From an uncultured Acidobacteriota bacterium (GTDB lineage: Bacteria > Acidobacteriota > Vicinamibacteria > Fen-336): a DNA stretch of 64,000 nt. Below the pieces are notes generated by a model that ran no database searches, had not been told where the DNA came from, and saw only the letters and a program-made list of their open reading frames with translations. The stretch lies in contig OY970399.1 of assembly GCA_963720545.1 (NCBI GenBank), forward strand, positions 2,880,001 to 2,944,000. Reading direction: 5' to 3'. Made by a program: the position numbers and the translations under genes. Shown here piece by piece: positions 1 to 9,735 of the stretch (position 1 is its first letter; every line of letters begins with the position of its first letter).

Positions 1-1208
1 CCGGTGAGGCCGCCGATGCCGAACATCGGCAGGAAGCCGAGCGCGAACAGCATCGGCGTGTTGAAGCGGATCGACCCGCCCCAAAGCGACAGGATCAGGG
101 ACGTCAGGATCACGACCGAGGGGATCGAGATGATCATGGTCGTGGTCTGGAAGAACTCCGCCATCTTCGTGCCCATGCCGGTGATGAACATGTGGTGGGC
201 CCAGACGACGAACGACAGGAAGCCGAGCGCCACCAGCGAGTACACCATCGAGCGCACGCCGAACAGCGGCTTGCGGGTGTTGTTGGCGACGATCTCGGCG
301 ACGATGCCGAGCGCCGGCAGGATCAGCACGTAGACCTCGGGGTGGGCGAGGAACCAGAAGAGGTGCTGCCAGAGGAGCGGGCTGCCGCCGCCGCTGACCT
401 CGAGCACCTGGCCGCTGATCACCAGGCCGCTCGGGTTGAAGAAGCTGGTGCGTGCGACGCGGTCCATGAGCTGCAGCACCGCCGCGGCTTCGAGCGGCGG
501 GAAGGCGAGCAGCAGCAGGAACGAGGTCACGAACTCGGTCCAGACGAAAAACGGCAGGCGCCAGAAGGTCAGGCCGGGCGCGCGCAGCTGAATGGTGGTG
601 ACGATGAAGTTGAGCGAGCCGAGCAGCGACGAGGTGATGAGGAAGACCATGCCGATGAGCCACCAGGTCTGGCCCTCGGTGGCGATGTTCGAGAGCGGCG
701 TGTAGGAGGTCCAGCCCGACTGCGCCGCGCCGCCCGGCACGAAGAAGCTCGCGATCATGATCACGCCGCCGACGAAGTAGCTCCAGTAGCTCACCGCGTT
801 GATCTTCGGGAAGGCCATGTCGGGCGCGCCGATCTGCAGCGGCAGCACGAAGTTGCCGAAGCCGCCGACCGCCAGCGGCACGACGCCGAGGAACACCATG
901 ATGGTGCCGTGCATGGCGCCCAGCTGGTTGTAGAACTCGGGGAGCATGGTGCCGCCCGGCATGCGCGAATCGCCGAACAGCGCGCCGAGGAACGGCAGGG
1001 GCGCGCCCGGATAGGCAAGCTGCCACCGGGCCAGGGCCATGAGGCTGAACCCGAACAGCAGGAACAGCAGGCCGGTGACCGCGTACTGCATGCCGATGAC
1101 CTTGTGGTCCACCGAAAAGACGTACTTGCGCCAGAAGCCGAGCACCTCTTCGTGGTGCCCGGCGTCATGGCCGCCCGTCGCAACGTGCGCGGTGTGAGGA
1201 TGCGCCAA
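1..1208 (-). CDS. ctaD: Cytochrome c oxidase subunit I (heme-copper oxidase, A-type); runs off the left edge
   Basis: Manual translation (not in the ORF track because it is open at the edge): TTG start at 1208 after AAGGGGGA, MAHPHTAH...WRKYVFSVDHKVIGMQY; later MHGTIMVF, GWTSYTPLS and LFWFLAHPEVYVLILP. Confidence 0.95.
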   Translation of the reverse strand, partial: MAHPHTAHVATGGHDAGHHEEVLGFWRKYVFSVDHKVIGMQYAVTGLLFLLFGFSLMALARWQLAYPGAPLPFLGALFGDSRMPGGTMLPEFYNQLGAMHGTIMVFLGVVPLAVGGFGNFVLPLQIGAPDMAFPKINAVSYWSYFVGGVIMIASFFVPGGAAQSGWTSYTPLSNIATEGQTWWLIGMVFLITSSLLGSLNFIVTTIQLRAPGLTFWRLPFFVWTEFVTSFLLLLAFPPLEAAAVLQLMDRVARTSFFNPSGLVISGQVLEVSGGGSPLLWQHLFWFLAHPEVYVLILPALGIVAEIVANNTRKPLFGVRSMVYSLVALGFLSFVVWAHHMFITGMGTKMAEFFQTTTMIISIPSVVILTSLILSLWGGSIRFNTPMLFALGFLPMFGIGGLT

Positions 1209-1270
1209 TGAATCCCCCTTCAGGAGCGGCGCCTCCGAACCATCGAAGACGCCGCGTTTAGGTTGCCCGT

Positions 1271-1987
1271 TTACTTGGCGGCGGGTGCGTTGAACTTGAA
1301 GGCGACCGACTTGGTGTCGCTGGCGCCGACGGTCACCGACGACTTCTGCACGCCGAGCCGCTCGTGCCACGCCTCGACCTCGTAGGTGCCGGCAGGCAGG
1401 TTGGCGATCGAGAACTTGCCGTCGGCGCCGGTGACCGCGAAGTACGGATGGCTGAACACCGCCATGTACGACTTCATCCACGGGTGGACGTCGCACTTGA
1501 TCTCGAACACGCCCTCTTCCTTGCCGAAGGTCTCGGTCGCTTCCTTGCGGCTCGGCGGCATCGCCATGTTGGTCGGCTTGTTCACCTTGGGCAGCGTGTG
1601 GACGTTGTGCAGCACGCCGTCGGTGTTGATGATCTTGAACGGCTGGTTGACCATGATGCCCATGACGTGCGGCTTGTACTGGCAGCCCACCTGGTCCATC
1701 TCCACCGGCTTGGTCGGCGCGGGATAGCTCTTGCCGGCAGGCAGGCCGGAGGAGATGCGCACCAGCACGTTCGCCATGCTGTTGCCGGTGCCGAGCACCA
1801 GCATCTCGTTGGGGATCGTCGGGTGCTTGGCGGCGCACATCGGCTCGGCGGCCACGGCGATCGGCTTGAGGGCCGGAACCTTGCCCTCATAAACCACGGT
1901 GCCCGCGACTGTGCCGGCCCAGGCGGTGCCGCACAACATGGCCACGCCCGCGCCGAAGGCCAGGGTCCTTCCAGAATGATTTCGCAT
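1271..1987 (-). CDS. Secreted cupredoxin-like / carboxypeptidase-regulatory-like domain protein
   Basis: Signal peptide; GCQYKPHV, HNVH and CDVHPWM (type-1-copper-like Cys/His/Met set); C-terminal TGADGKFSIANLPAGTYEVEAWHE beta-sandwich. Confidence 0.8.
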   Translation of the reverse strand: MRNHSGRTLAFGAGVAMLCGTAWAGTVAGTVVYEGKVPALKPIAVAAEPMCAAKHPTIPNEMLVLGTGNSMANVLVRISSGLPAGKSYPAPTKPVEMDQVGCQYKPHVMGIMVNQPFKIINTDGVLHNVHTLPKVNKPTNMAMPPSRKEATETFGKEEGVFEIKCDVHPWMKSYMAVFSHPYFAVTGADGKFSIANLPAGTYEVEAWHERLGVQKSSVTVGASDTKSVAFKFNAPAAK

Positions 1988-2071
1988 CGCGTCTTCTCTC
2001 CCTTGAGCCGGAATGGCCGGCTATTTGATTGATGATCGTACCGCTGCCAATCGCCTGCTGTCGCGCCCCGA

Positions 2072-3280
2072 TCAGAAGTTCTCGAACGCGAGCGATTCGC
2101 CGAGCCGGGGATCGCCCACCGGCACGACCGGATGGCTCTGCAGCAGCCAGCCGAACGCAGCCATGAACAAGGCGCCCACCGTAACGAATGCGGCCACGTC
2201 GAGGAGGCCGAAGTGTGGCCCGTGTTCGTTGAAATTGGGGGCCACCACCCAATAGATGTCGAGGAGGTGCATGGCCAGCATCCACACCGCCCCGAGCAGC
2301 AGGGTGGCCGGCTTGCGCTTCAGCCCGCGCATCAGCAGGTAGGGGAAGGGGATGCCGAAATGGCCGATGGCGAGCGCCATCGACAGCGGCCGCCAGCCGC
2401 CCTCGAGCCGGTGCTTGAACCAGATGGTCTCCTCCGGGATGTTGCCGTACCAGATGAGGAAGTACTGCGAGAAGCCGATGTAGGCCCAGAAGACAGTGAA
2501 GGCGAGGAGCAGCTTGCCGAGGTCCTGGAAGTGCTCGGGGGTGAAGATGCCGCGCACCCCGGCATGATGCAAACCGAGCACCACCACCGTCATGAATGCG
2601 AAGGCCGCGACCAGGCTGCCGGCGAACGAGTACACGCCGAAGATGGTGGAGAACCAGTGCGGGTCGAGCGACATCAGCCAGTCGACCGAGGCGAAGTGGT
2701 GGGTGATCGCGAGCGGAATGAGGGCGGCGGCGCTGTAGCGGCGTAGCTGCGCGGAAAGCAGCGGATCGTGCGAGGCGTCCTGCGCGTAGGAGGCGCGCGC
2801 GAACCACCAGGCGAGCCCCGACCACACCAGGAAGTAAACCGCGGCGCGCACGTAAAAGAAGCTGGTGTTGAGGTAGGCCGCTTTCGTCTGGATCAACGGG
2901 TCGCTGGCCGCGGCCGGCAGCGTCCACGGGAACAGTTCGTTCATGCCCAGGGCGACGGGCAGGAACAGCAGCGCGAACAGCGGCAGCGTGGCCGCGCCGT
3001 TCTCGGCCACACGGCGCACCACGATGCCCCAGCCGCCCTGGAAGGAGGTGTGGATGAGCACGAAGTAGAGGCAGCCGAGGGCGATGGTGAGGAAGTAGAT
3101 GAAGGCCACGAGCCACGCCGCGTAGAACTCCTGGGCGTGTCCGCGCGCCAGGATGGCGCAGGACAGCGCGCCGACGACGCCCACGGCGACGCCGATCATC
3201 CGCAGCCTTGCCCAGATGCTCTGCGCAGGCAGCGTGGCCTGCGCGATGCTCACCGAGGCGGCAGCGGCGTGTGCGGTCAT
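2072..3280 (-). CDS. actF: Alternative complex III membrane subunit ActF
   Basis: About 10 TM helices, [38 protein letters not shown] overlaps the upstream stop (ATGA). Confidence 0.88.
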   Translation of the reverse strand: MTAHAAAASVSIAQATLPAQSIWARLRMIGVAVGVVGALSCAILARGHAQEFYAAWLVAFIYFLTIALGCLYFVLIHTSFQGGWGIVVRRVAENGAATLPLFALLFLPVALGMNELFPWTLPAAASDPLIQTKAAYLNTSFFYVRAAVYFLVWSGLAWWFARASYAQDASHDPLLSAQLRRYSAAALIPLAITHHFASVDWLMSLDPHWFSTIFGVYSFAGSLVAAFAFMTVVVLGLHHAGVRGIFTPEHFQDLGKLLLAFTVFWAYIGFSQYFLIWYGNIPEETIWFKHRLEGGWRPLSMALAIGHFGIPFPYLLMRGLKRKPATLLLGAVWMLAMHLLDIYWVVAPNFNEHGPHFGLLDVAAFVTVGALFMAAFGWLLQSHPVVPVGDPRLGESLAFENF

Positions 3281-3800
3281 GCGCTCACCCATTCAAGGCC
3301 CGCGACCCCGGCCTTGCGCAGCAGGTCGGGTGTCGCCGACTCGCTGAAGCGCGGGTCGGTGCTGTCGATCGAGATGAAGAAGCGGTCGTCGGTGGCCCGC
3401 TCGAAGCGCGTCGAGTCGAACAGCGGATGGTTGTGCAGCGGCAGCCGGTTCATGTGGAACATGCCGAGCACCGCGCCCAGGGCGCCGCCCAGCACCGACA
3501 GCTCGAAGGTGACCGGGATGAACGCCTGCCACGAAGCAGCGGCTTGCCGCTGATGACGAGCGGGTAGGCCATGGTGTGGACCCACACCTGCAGGGCGAAG
3601 CCGCCGGCCGCGCCGAGAAGCGCCAGGACCAGCACGAACAGCGGCAGCCGGCGAACGCTTCAGGCCCATCGCCTTGTCGAGCCCGTGCACCGGGAACGGC
3701 GTGTGCGCGTCCCAGTTGGTGAAGCCGGCGTCGCGCACGCGACTCGCAGCGCGTGGTAGAGCGCAGCCGGCGTCTTGAACTCGGCGAGCAGCACCCGGCT
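3277..3800 (-). CDS. actD: ActD (DUF3341) domain of alternative complex III; apparently the C-terminal part of an ActC-ActD fusion, with several single-base frameshifts
   Basis: [52 protein letters not shown] and [13 protein letters not shown] are spread over three frames. Confidence 0.8.
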
Positions 3801-5248
3801 GTCGCCTTCGGCCTTCGCCGGAGCGGGCGCCAGGATGGCCGGAGCCTGGGGCTCGATGTCCGGCGCCGGTTCGGCGTGCGGATCGGCCTGCGGCAGCACC
3901 GACTTCACCTCGGCCGCGGCCACCATCGGCAGGAAGCGCACGAACAGGCAGAACAGCGTGAAGAACAGGCCGAAGCTGCCGATGAAGGTGCGCGAAGTCC
4001 CAGATGGTCGGGTGGAAGTAGCCCCAGGTCGACGGCAGGAAGTCGCGGTGCAGCGAGGTCACGATGATGACGAAGCGCTCGAACCACATGCCGATGTTGA
4101 CGAAGATCGAGAGCGATGAACAGCGCGACCAGGCTGCGTGCGCACCTTCTTGAACCAGAAGAGCTGCGGGAAGAAGACGTTGCAGCTGATCATGGTCCAG
4201 TAGGCCCAGGCGTACGGGCCGAAGGCGCGGTTGATGAACGCGAAGAGCTCGTAGGGGTTGCCGCTGTACCAGGCGATGAAGAACTCCATGCCGTAGGCGT
4301 AGCCGACCATCAGCCCGGTCACCAGCATGATCTTCGCCATGTAGTCGAGGTGGCGCATGGTGATGATCTGCTCGAGCCCGAACGCCCAGCGGCAGATCAC
4401 CATCAGCGTCACCACCATCGCGAAGCCGGAGAAGATGGCGCCGGCGACGAAGTAGGGCGGGAAGATCGTCGTGTGCCAGCCGGGCAGCTGCGAGACGGCG
4501 AAGTCCATCGAGACGATCGAGTGCACCGAGAGCACCAGCGGCGTCGCGAGGCCGGCGAGGATCAGGTAGGCCATCTCGTAGTGCTGCCAGTGCCGCTGCG
4601 AGCCGCGCCAGCCGAGCGACGAAGAAGCCGTAGGCGCAGCTTGCGGATCTGCGTCTTGGCGCGGTCGCGCATCGTCGCGAGGTCGGGGATCAGGCCGACG
4701 TACCAGAAGAGCGCCGAGACCGTGCCGTAGGTGCTGACCGCGAACACGTCCCAGAGCAGCGGGCTGCGGAAGTTCGGCCACGTGCCCATCTGGTTCGGGA
4801 GCGGGAACATCCAGTACGCCACCCAGACGCGGCCGACGTGGATGCCGGGGAAGATCAGCGCGCACATGACCGCGAAGATCGTCATCGCCTCGGCGGCGCG
4901 GTTGATCGAGGTGCGCCACTTCTGGCGGAACAGGAAGAGGATGGCCGAGATCAGCGTGCCGGCGTGGCCGATGCCGACCCAGAACACGAAGTTGGTGATG
5001 TCCCAGGCCCAGCCGACCGGCACGTTGAGGCCCCAGATGCCGATGCCTTCCCAGAAGAGCCACGGCACGCCGATGGCGAGCCCCTGCAGCATGACGAGCG
5101 CGATGCCGAAGACCACCCACCAGCCGCGCGGTGTCTTGCGCTCCATCACCCCGGAAACGATCTCGGTGACGGAATGGAAGTCGTGGCCGCCGAGGATCAG
5201 CGGGGCGCGGCCGGAAACCGGGTTGGCTGGGTCGACCTGCGCGTTCAA
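3801..5248 (-). CDS. actC: ActC (NrfD/PsrC family) quinol-binding subunit of alternative complex III; frameshifted in this assembly
   Basis: TTG start after [79 protein letters not shown] and [18 protein letters not shown] lie in successive frames. Confidence 0.9.
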
Positions 5249-5391
5249 TCGTCCTCCAGCCCGCGCTCTCGGGGAGCCACAGGCCGCGTTGCTGCTACTT
5301 GGGTGCCTTGAGATACCAAATTAGAGACGACAAAGCAACCGACCCGCGACGACGAATCAGCGCATCGAAACGCGACGTTACCCGAATTGAG

Positions 5392-5730
5392 CTAACCCTT
5401 CGAGCCGGGTTTCGTTGGGCGTGCCGTTGCGGTTCGTCCGTGCGACCGCGCTTTGGGCATTTGGCGGACGTCGGTGGCGCCGTAGAGCGCCGCGGAGGCG
5501 ATGCCGGCGCCGTTGCTCCACACGAGCGAGCCGCCGTGGAGCGAGAAGCGCTTGAAGAACGCCACAACCTGCAGCGGCTGGAACACCGGTCCCTTCAGCC
5601 AGCGGCGGCAGTCCACCGTCTTTTCGACGCCGTCCTTGAAGCGCAGGTGGATCCGGTGGTTGCCGGCATGCACCGCCGATGCAATCTTCGGCAGCGGCGA
5701 CTCGCGTTGGTCATTGGGCGACATCGGCAT
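5392..5730 (-). CDS. DUF2442-family small protein
   Basis: HRIHLRFKDGVEKTVD...LKGPVFQPL...F...GSLVWSNGAGIA matches the typical DUF2442 pattern. Confidence 0.65.
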   Translation of the reverse strand: MPMSPNDQRESPLPKIASAVHAGNHRIHLRFKDGVEKTVDCRRWLKGPVFQPLQVVAFFKRFSLHGGSLVWSNGAGIASAALYGATDVRQMPKARSHGRTATARPTKPGSKG

Positions 5731-5785
5731 TCATTCTCGCCCAGTCCTTGTCACCCCGTGCCGTCGCGTTCAGAATGCCGGGGTG

Positions 5786-6655
5786 GTGAAGATCCGCACC
5801 TATAACGAGGTGAGCGGCGGCGACTCGTCCGGCATCCTGGCGCAGGTGGTGGCGCAGCGCGACCGGGTGAGCGAGCGCCTGGCCTCGGTCCGCCACGTGG
5901 TCGCGGTGATGAGCGGCAAGGGCGGGGTGGGCAAGAGCCTGGCGACCGCGGGTCTCGCGCGGGTGCTCGCGCGCAAGCCCTGGCGCGTCGGCGTCCTCGA
6001 TGCGGACCTGCACGGCCCGACCACGGCACGCATGCTGGGCGCCGTGCCCGGCAGCCTTGCCGTCCGCGACGGCGCCGTCGCGCCGGCTGCGGGCGCCGAT
6101 GGCATCCGCGTCATGTCGAGCGAACTGCTGCTCGACGAAGCGGCGCCTCTGCGCTGGAAGGAGCCGGGCGCCGACGGGTTCGTCTGGCGCGGCACCCTCG
6201 AGACCGGCATGCTGCGCGAGTTCCTCGCCGACGTCTCCTGGGGCGAACTCGACGTGCTGCTCCTCGACCTGCCGCCTGGCACCGAACGCCTCGAGGCGCT
6301 TGCGGCGCTGGTGCCGGCGCTGCGCGGCGTCGTGGTCGTCACCATCCCGACGGACGAGTCGTACCAGTCGGTGCGGCGCTCGGTGGCGGTTGCGCAGAAG
6401 GCAGGCATTCCCATCCTCGGGCTCATCGAGAACATGTCCACCTACCGCTGCGCGCATTGCCACGCCGCCGGGGCGCTCTTCGCCGGCGATGCCGCCGAGC
6501 GGCTGGCACGAGAATCGGGCGCGCCCATCCTCGACCGCGTCCCGTTCGACCCGCGCCTGCAACTCACCGCAGCCGGCTTGCCCGACAGCGTTCACGACGC
6601 GTTCGCGCCGGCCGCGGCGGCGCTCGCGGCGCGGCTGGAAGCGGCGGCCCGTTGA
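5786..6655 (+). CDS. Mrp/NBP35 (ApbC-like) P-loop ATPase, putative Fe-S cluster carrier
   Basis: SGKGGVGKS deviant Walker A, DADLHGP, WRG, DLPPGT, GLIENMS, CAHC; GTG start (5783 or 5786). Confidence 0.88.
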   Translation: MKIRTYNEVSGGDSSGILAQVVAQRDRVSERLASVRHVVAVMSGKGGVGKSLATAGLARVLARKPWRVGVLDADLHGPTTARMLGAVPGSLAVRDGAVAPAAGADGIRVMSSELLLDEAAPLRWKEPGADGFVWRGTLETGMLREFLADVSWGELDVLLLDLPPGTERLEALAALVPALRGVVVVTIPTDESYQSVRRSVAVAQKAGIPILGLIENMSTYRCAHCHAAGALFAGDAAERLARESGAPILDRVPFDPRLQLTAAGLPDSVHDAFAPAAAALAARLEAAAR

Positions 6656-7092
6656 AGTTCCTGTGCATCGCCTGCGATTCGGTGATGGCGTTCGCCGAAC
6701 GGCAGCTGCCGGGCGACGGCACGCTGGCCGCGATGTTCACGTGCCCGAAGTGCGACCGCTCTGTCGCGATGCTGACGAACCCGATGGAGACGCAGCTCGT
6801 CTCGTCGCTCGGCATCCAGATCGGCGGCAAGTCGGTTCCTGACCAGCCGTTCGAGCTGACGCGCACCGCGGTGGACGGCGGCCGCAGCGACGCCTTCGCC
6901 GACGCGCCGGTGCCCTCGGGCAGCGTCGTCTGGGAAGCCGAAGCCAAAGCGCGCCTCGAGCGCGTGCCGACTTTCGTTCGCGGCATGGTGCTGCGCATCT
7001 ACAACGACTACGCCAAGGAACGCGGTATTCGCTCGATGACCACCGAAGTCATGGACACGGCGCGCCGCGAGCTCGGCCTCGAGGGCATGTAG
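6652..7092 (+). CDS. Small protein: N-terminal CxxC...CxxC metal-binding ribbon plus C-terminal PCP_red (BchB C-terminal-like) domain
   Basis: TTG overlaps the Mrp stop; CIAC and CPKC; WEAEAKARLERVPTFVRGMV...YAKERG. Confidence 0.8.
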   Translation: MKFLCIACDSVMAFAERQLPGDGTLAAMFTCPKCDRSVAMLTNPMETQLVSSLGIQIGGKSVPDQPFELTRTAVDGGRSDAFADAPVPSGSVVWEAEAKARLERVPTFVRGMVLRIYNDYAKERGIRSMTTEVMDTARRELGLEGM

Positions 7093-7094
7093 CC

Positions 7095-7340
7095 GTGGCC
7101 TTCGACGAGCGCGACGCGGCTGGCCTGCGGCTGCGCATCGACCGCGACCTGTGCGTCGGCTTCGGCGACTGCATCACCGAAGCGCCCGACGGCTTCGTGC
7201 TCGACGACGATGGCATCGCCGTGTACACGAAGCCGGAGACGTGCACTCGTGAGCAACTGCTCGCGGCCTGCGAAGCCTGCCCCGTAGACGCGATCACGGC
7301 TTTCGGCGCAGACGGCGAGGTGTTGGCGCCGAAGCGCTGA
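7095..7340 (+). CDS. Single-cluster ferredoxin (probably [3Fe-4S])
   Basis: IDRDLCVGFGDC...APDGFVLDDDG...ACEACPVDAI. Confidence 0.88.
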   Translation: MAFDERDAAGLRLRIDRDLCVGFGDCITEAPDGFVLDDDGIAVYTKPETCTREQLLAACEACPVDAITAFGADGEVLAPKR

Positions 7341-7344
7341 ACTG

Positions 7345-7422
7345 GACGTTGAGTCCGCACAGCTCAAGAGTGACTCGTTCCGTTCCGGAACGAGTTGGAG
7401 TTGAGTCGTCGACGCGCAGGAA
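7345..7422. repeat. Palindromic direct repeat, copy 1 (78 bp)
   Basis: gacgttgagtccgcacagctcaagagtgactcgttcc-gttcc-ggaacgagttggagttgagtcgtcgacgcgcaggaa; matches 9736-9808 except for a 5-bp insertion and 3 substitutions. Confidence 0.95.
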
Positions 7423-7425
7423 TGC

Positions 7426-8808
7426 ATGGATCAAGAGAGCAGAGTCGTCAACGACGTCCATTCGCGGATGAATGAGACGCAGGTTCGCGAGATCGTGCAG
7501 CCGCAGTCCGCCGCCGATGTGCGCACCAGTGTTCGAAGAGCGGCGACGCAGGGTATCGCGGTGGCGACCAGCGGTGCGCGCCATGCGATGGGTGGGCAGC
7601 AGTTCCGCACGAGCGGGCTGCTGCTCGACATGCGCCTGATGAACCGGGTCGTGCATCTCGACGGTGGCGCCGGCCTTCTGCGAATCGAGGCCGGCGCTTC
7701 TTGGCCCGACATTGTCCAAGCCACGGCGCGTTCTCCATGGAGCATCCGCCAAAAACAAACGGGCGCCGATGCGCTGACGCTCGGTGGCTCCATCGCCTGC
7801 AATGCGCACGGCCGTGGGCTGGTGATGGGGCCGCTAGTTGATGACATCGAATGCTTGACGCTGTGCGATGCCCGTGGCGAACTCATCACTTGTTCGCGGC
7901 AGGCGAATGCGGAGCTCTTCTCCCTTGTGGTAGGCGGCTACGGCCTGTTTGGCGTTGTCATCGACGCGACTCTGCGACTCACACGTCGAATGGCATTGCG
8001 CCGACTGGTGGACATCATCGACATCGATGATGCCGTTGCCGCGGTCGCCCGCCGCGTCGCGGAGGGTTGTCTCTACGGCGACTTTCAGTACGCCATCGAC
8101 GCGACGGACGACTCTTTCCTGCGGCGCGGCGTGATGGCCTGCTACAGACCGGTTGCCGACGATATGCCGGCGACGGACGGGAGTTCGGATCTCTCGCGGG
8201 AGGATTGGCTGAAGTTGCTAACCCTCGCGCATACCGACAAGCGCCGGGCATTCCAGGCTTATTCCGAGCACTACCTGGCCACCCACGGCCAAATTTACGC
8301 CTCTGACACGATGCAGCTTGGCACCTACATTCCCTCGTACGCGGAGTTCCTTGCCGAAGCTCTCGGCCACACGGTGCCGGAGAGCCTGATGATCACCGAG
8401 CTGTACGTCCCGCCCCAACGAATCGTCGCATTCATGGCCGCGGCTCGCGCCGTGTTGCGCTCGACCGGCGTCGAGGACATCTACGGCACGATCCGTTCGA
8501 TCCGAAAGGACAACACCACATTCCTCCCCTGGGCTCGTGCGGATTTCGCTTGTGTGATCTTCAACCTGCGCACGCCCGCCACCGTCGCCGGCCGCGCACG
8601 AACGGCCGACGCGGCGCGCGGTCTCATCGACGCGGCCGCAGCTCTCGGTGGTTCCTTCTATCTCACCTACCATCGGTGGGCGACGCGCGACCAGGTCCTC
8701 CTCTGTCACCCCCGGTTACCAGCGATGCTTGCTTTGAAGCGGCAGTACGACCCGACACTCGTCTTCCAGAGCGACTGGTACGCACATCATGTCGCCTTGC
8801 TGCAATGA
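7426..8808 (+). CDS. FAD-binding oxidoreductase (VAO/PCMH fold, FAD_binding_4)
   Basis: SGARHAMGGQQF, TLGGSIACNAHG, GGYGLFGVV, C-terminal GGSFYLTYH...KRQYDP..FQS. Confidence 0.85.
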   Translation: MDQESRVVNDVHSRMNETQVREIVQPQSAADVRTSVRRAATQGIAVATSGARHAMGGQQFRTSGLLLDMRLMNRVVHLDGGAGLLRIEAGASWPDIVQATARSPWSIRQKQTGADALTLGGSIACNAHGRGLVMGPLVDDIECLTLCDARGELITCSRQANAELFSLVVGGYGLFGVVIDATLRLTRRMALRRLVDIIDIDDAVAAVARRVAEGCLYGDFQYAIDATDDSFLRRGVMACYRPVADDMPATDGSSDLSREDWLKLLTLAHTDKRRAFQAYSEHYLATHGQIYASDTMQLGTYIPSYAEFLAEALGHTVPESLMITELYVPPQRIVAFMAAARAVLRSTGVEDIYGTIRSIRKDNTTFLPWARADFACVIFNLRTPATVAGRARTADAARGLIDAAAALGGSFYLTYHRWATRDQVLLCHPRLPAMLALKRQYDPTLVFQSDWYAHHVALLQ

Positions 8809-9701
8809 AGACGGCGAGCCCCAGCGCCACCGCGCGCCTTATCGCCGCGGCCACGGTGTTGTCGGCTTCCGATCCGTCGACCGCCAGCCTCATTCCGCCG
8901 GCCGCCGCTTCGTGGTGCGCCAGCTTCCTGTCCTTTGTGATCGCCGATCGCCTGCTGCTGGCTTCGGTACGCACGGCACCGGGTCGGGCCGGTTGGCGCC
9001 TCGTTGAGCGCATGACGCTGCCCGGCATGATTCGGCATTACGCGCTGCGCAAGGCGTACATCGAGACAGTATGGCGTCAGGCCAAGGGGGACGGATACCG
9101 CCAGCTCCTGGTGCTTGGAGCCGGCCTCGACACGCTGGGTTTGCGGGTTGCGGCTGCGGATTCGATGGTCCGCGTCGTAGAGCTCGACCATCCCGCCACG
9201 CAGTCGATCAAGAGACGGGCTCTGCTTGAACGCGCCCCTCACAACTTTCATATGGTCGAAGGTCGCTTGGACCGCGCAGGCTGGTCACCGGCGATACGCG
9301 AGGCGGGCGCGCTGGATCCGGCACTCGCGACCCTCGTGTTGCTCGAGGGTGTCTCCATGTACCTCAATGAAGCGGCTGTGATAGCACTGCTGGGCGAGGT
9401 TGGACGGTTGCCTGCGCCGCGGCTGCGGCTGGTCATGACACTGTTCGACCGCAGCGAAAAGCGCCGCATCGGCTTCCGGCCAACGAGCCGTCTCGTCACC
9501 GGTTGGTTGCGCGTGGTCGGCGAGCCATTCTTCTGGGGCTGCGAGGACGACCGTGTCGGGTCGTTCCTTCGATCCTGTGGATTCGGACTGATTCGTCTCG
9601 CCAAACCCCGCGACTTCACACCGGAGGCTCGCGCAACCGCGACGAGTGCCGTTCTCGAAGGTGAGGGCGTTGCGGTGGCAGATCATGTGACAAGCGGCTG
9701 A
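8805..9701 (+). CDS. Class I SAM-dependent methyltransferase (LCM/leucine carboxyl methyltransferase-like family)
   Basis: ATGA overlap with the oxidoreductase; QLLVLGAGLDT, ELDHPATQSIKR, LLEGVSMYL. Confidence 0.85.
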   Translation: MKTASPSATARLIAAATVLSASDPSTASLIPPAAASWCASFLSFVIADRLLLASVRTAPGRAGWRLVERMTLPGMIRHYALRKAYIETVWRQAKGDGYRQLLVLGAGLDTLGLRVAAADSMVRVVELDHPATQSIKRRALLERAPHNFHMVEGRLDRAGWSPAIREAGALDPALATLVLLEGVSMYLNEAAVIALLGEVGRLPAPRLRLVMTLFDRSEKRRIGFRPTSRLVTGWLRVVGEPFFWGCEDDRVGSFLRSCGFGLIRLAKPRDFTPEARATATSAVLEGEGVAVADHVTSG

Positions 9702-9735
9702 GGTTCGCCAACGTGTACCGAGTGTGCCAAGCGAC

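Noticed and set aside
192..1211. Long + strand ORF (339 aa) and the many other long antisense/alternate-frame ORFs (e.g. 10002-12002, 13339-15060, 18053-20068, 58762-60270)
   Set aside because: Shadow ORFs typical of very GC-rich DNA. They overlap well-supported genes and are Arg/Ala/Gly-rich without motifs.
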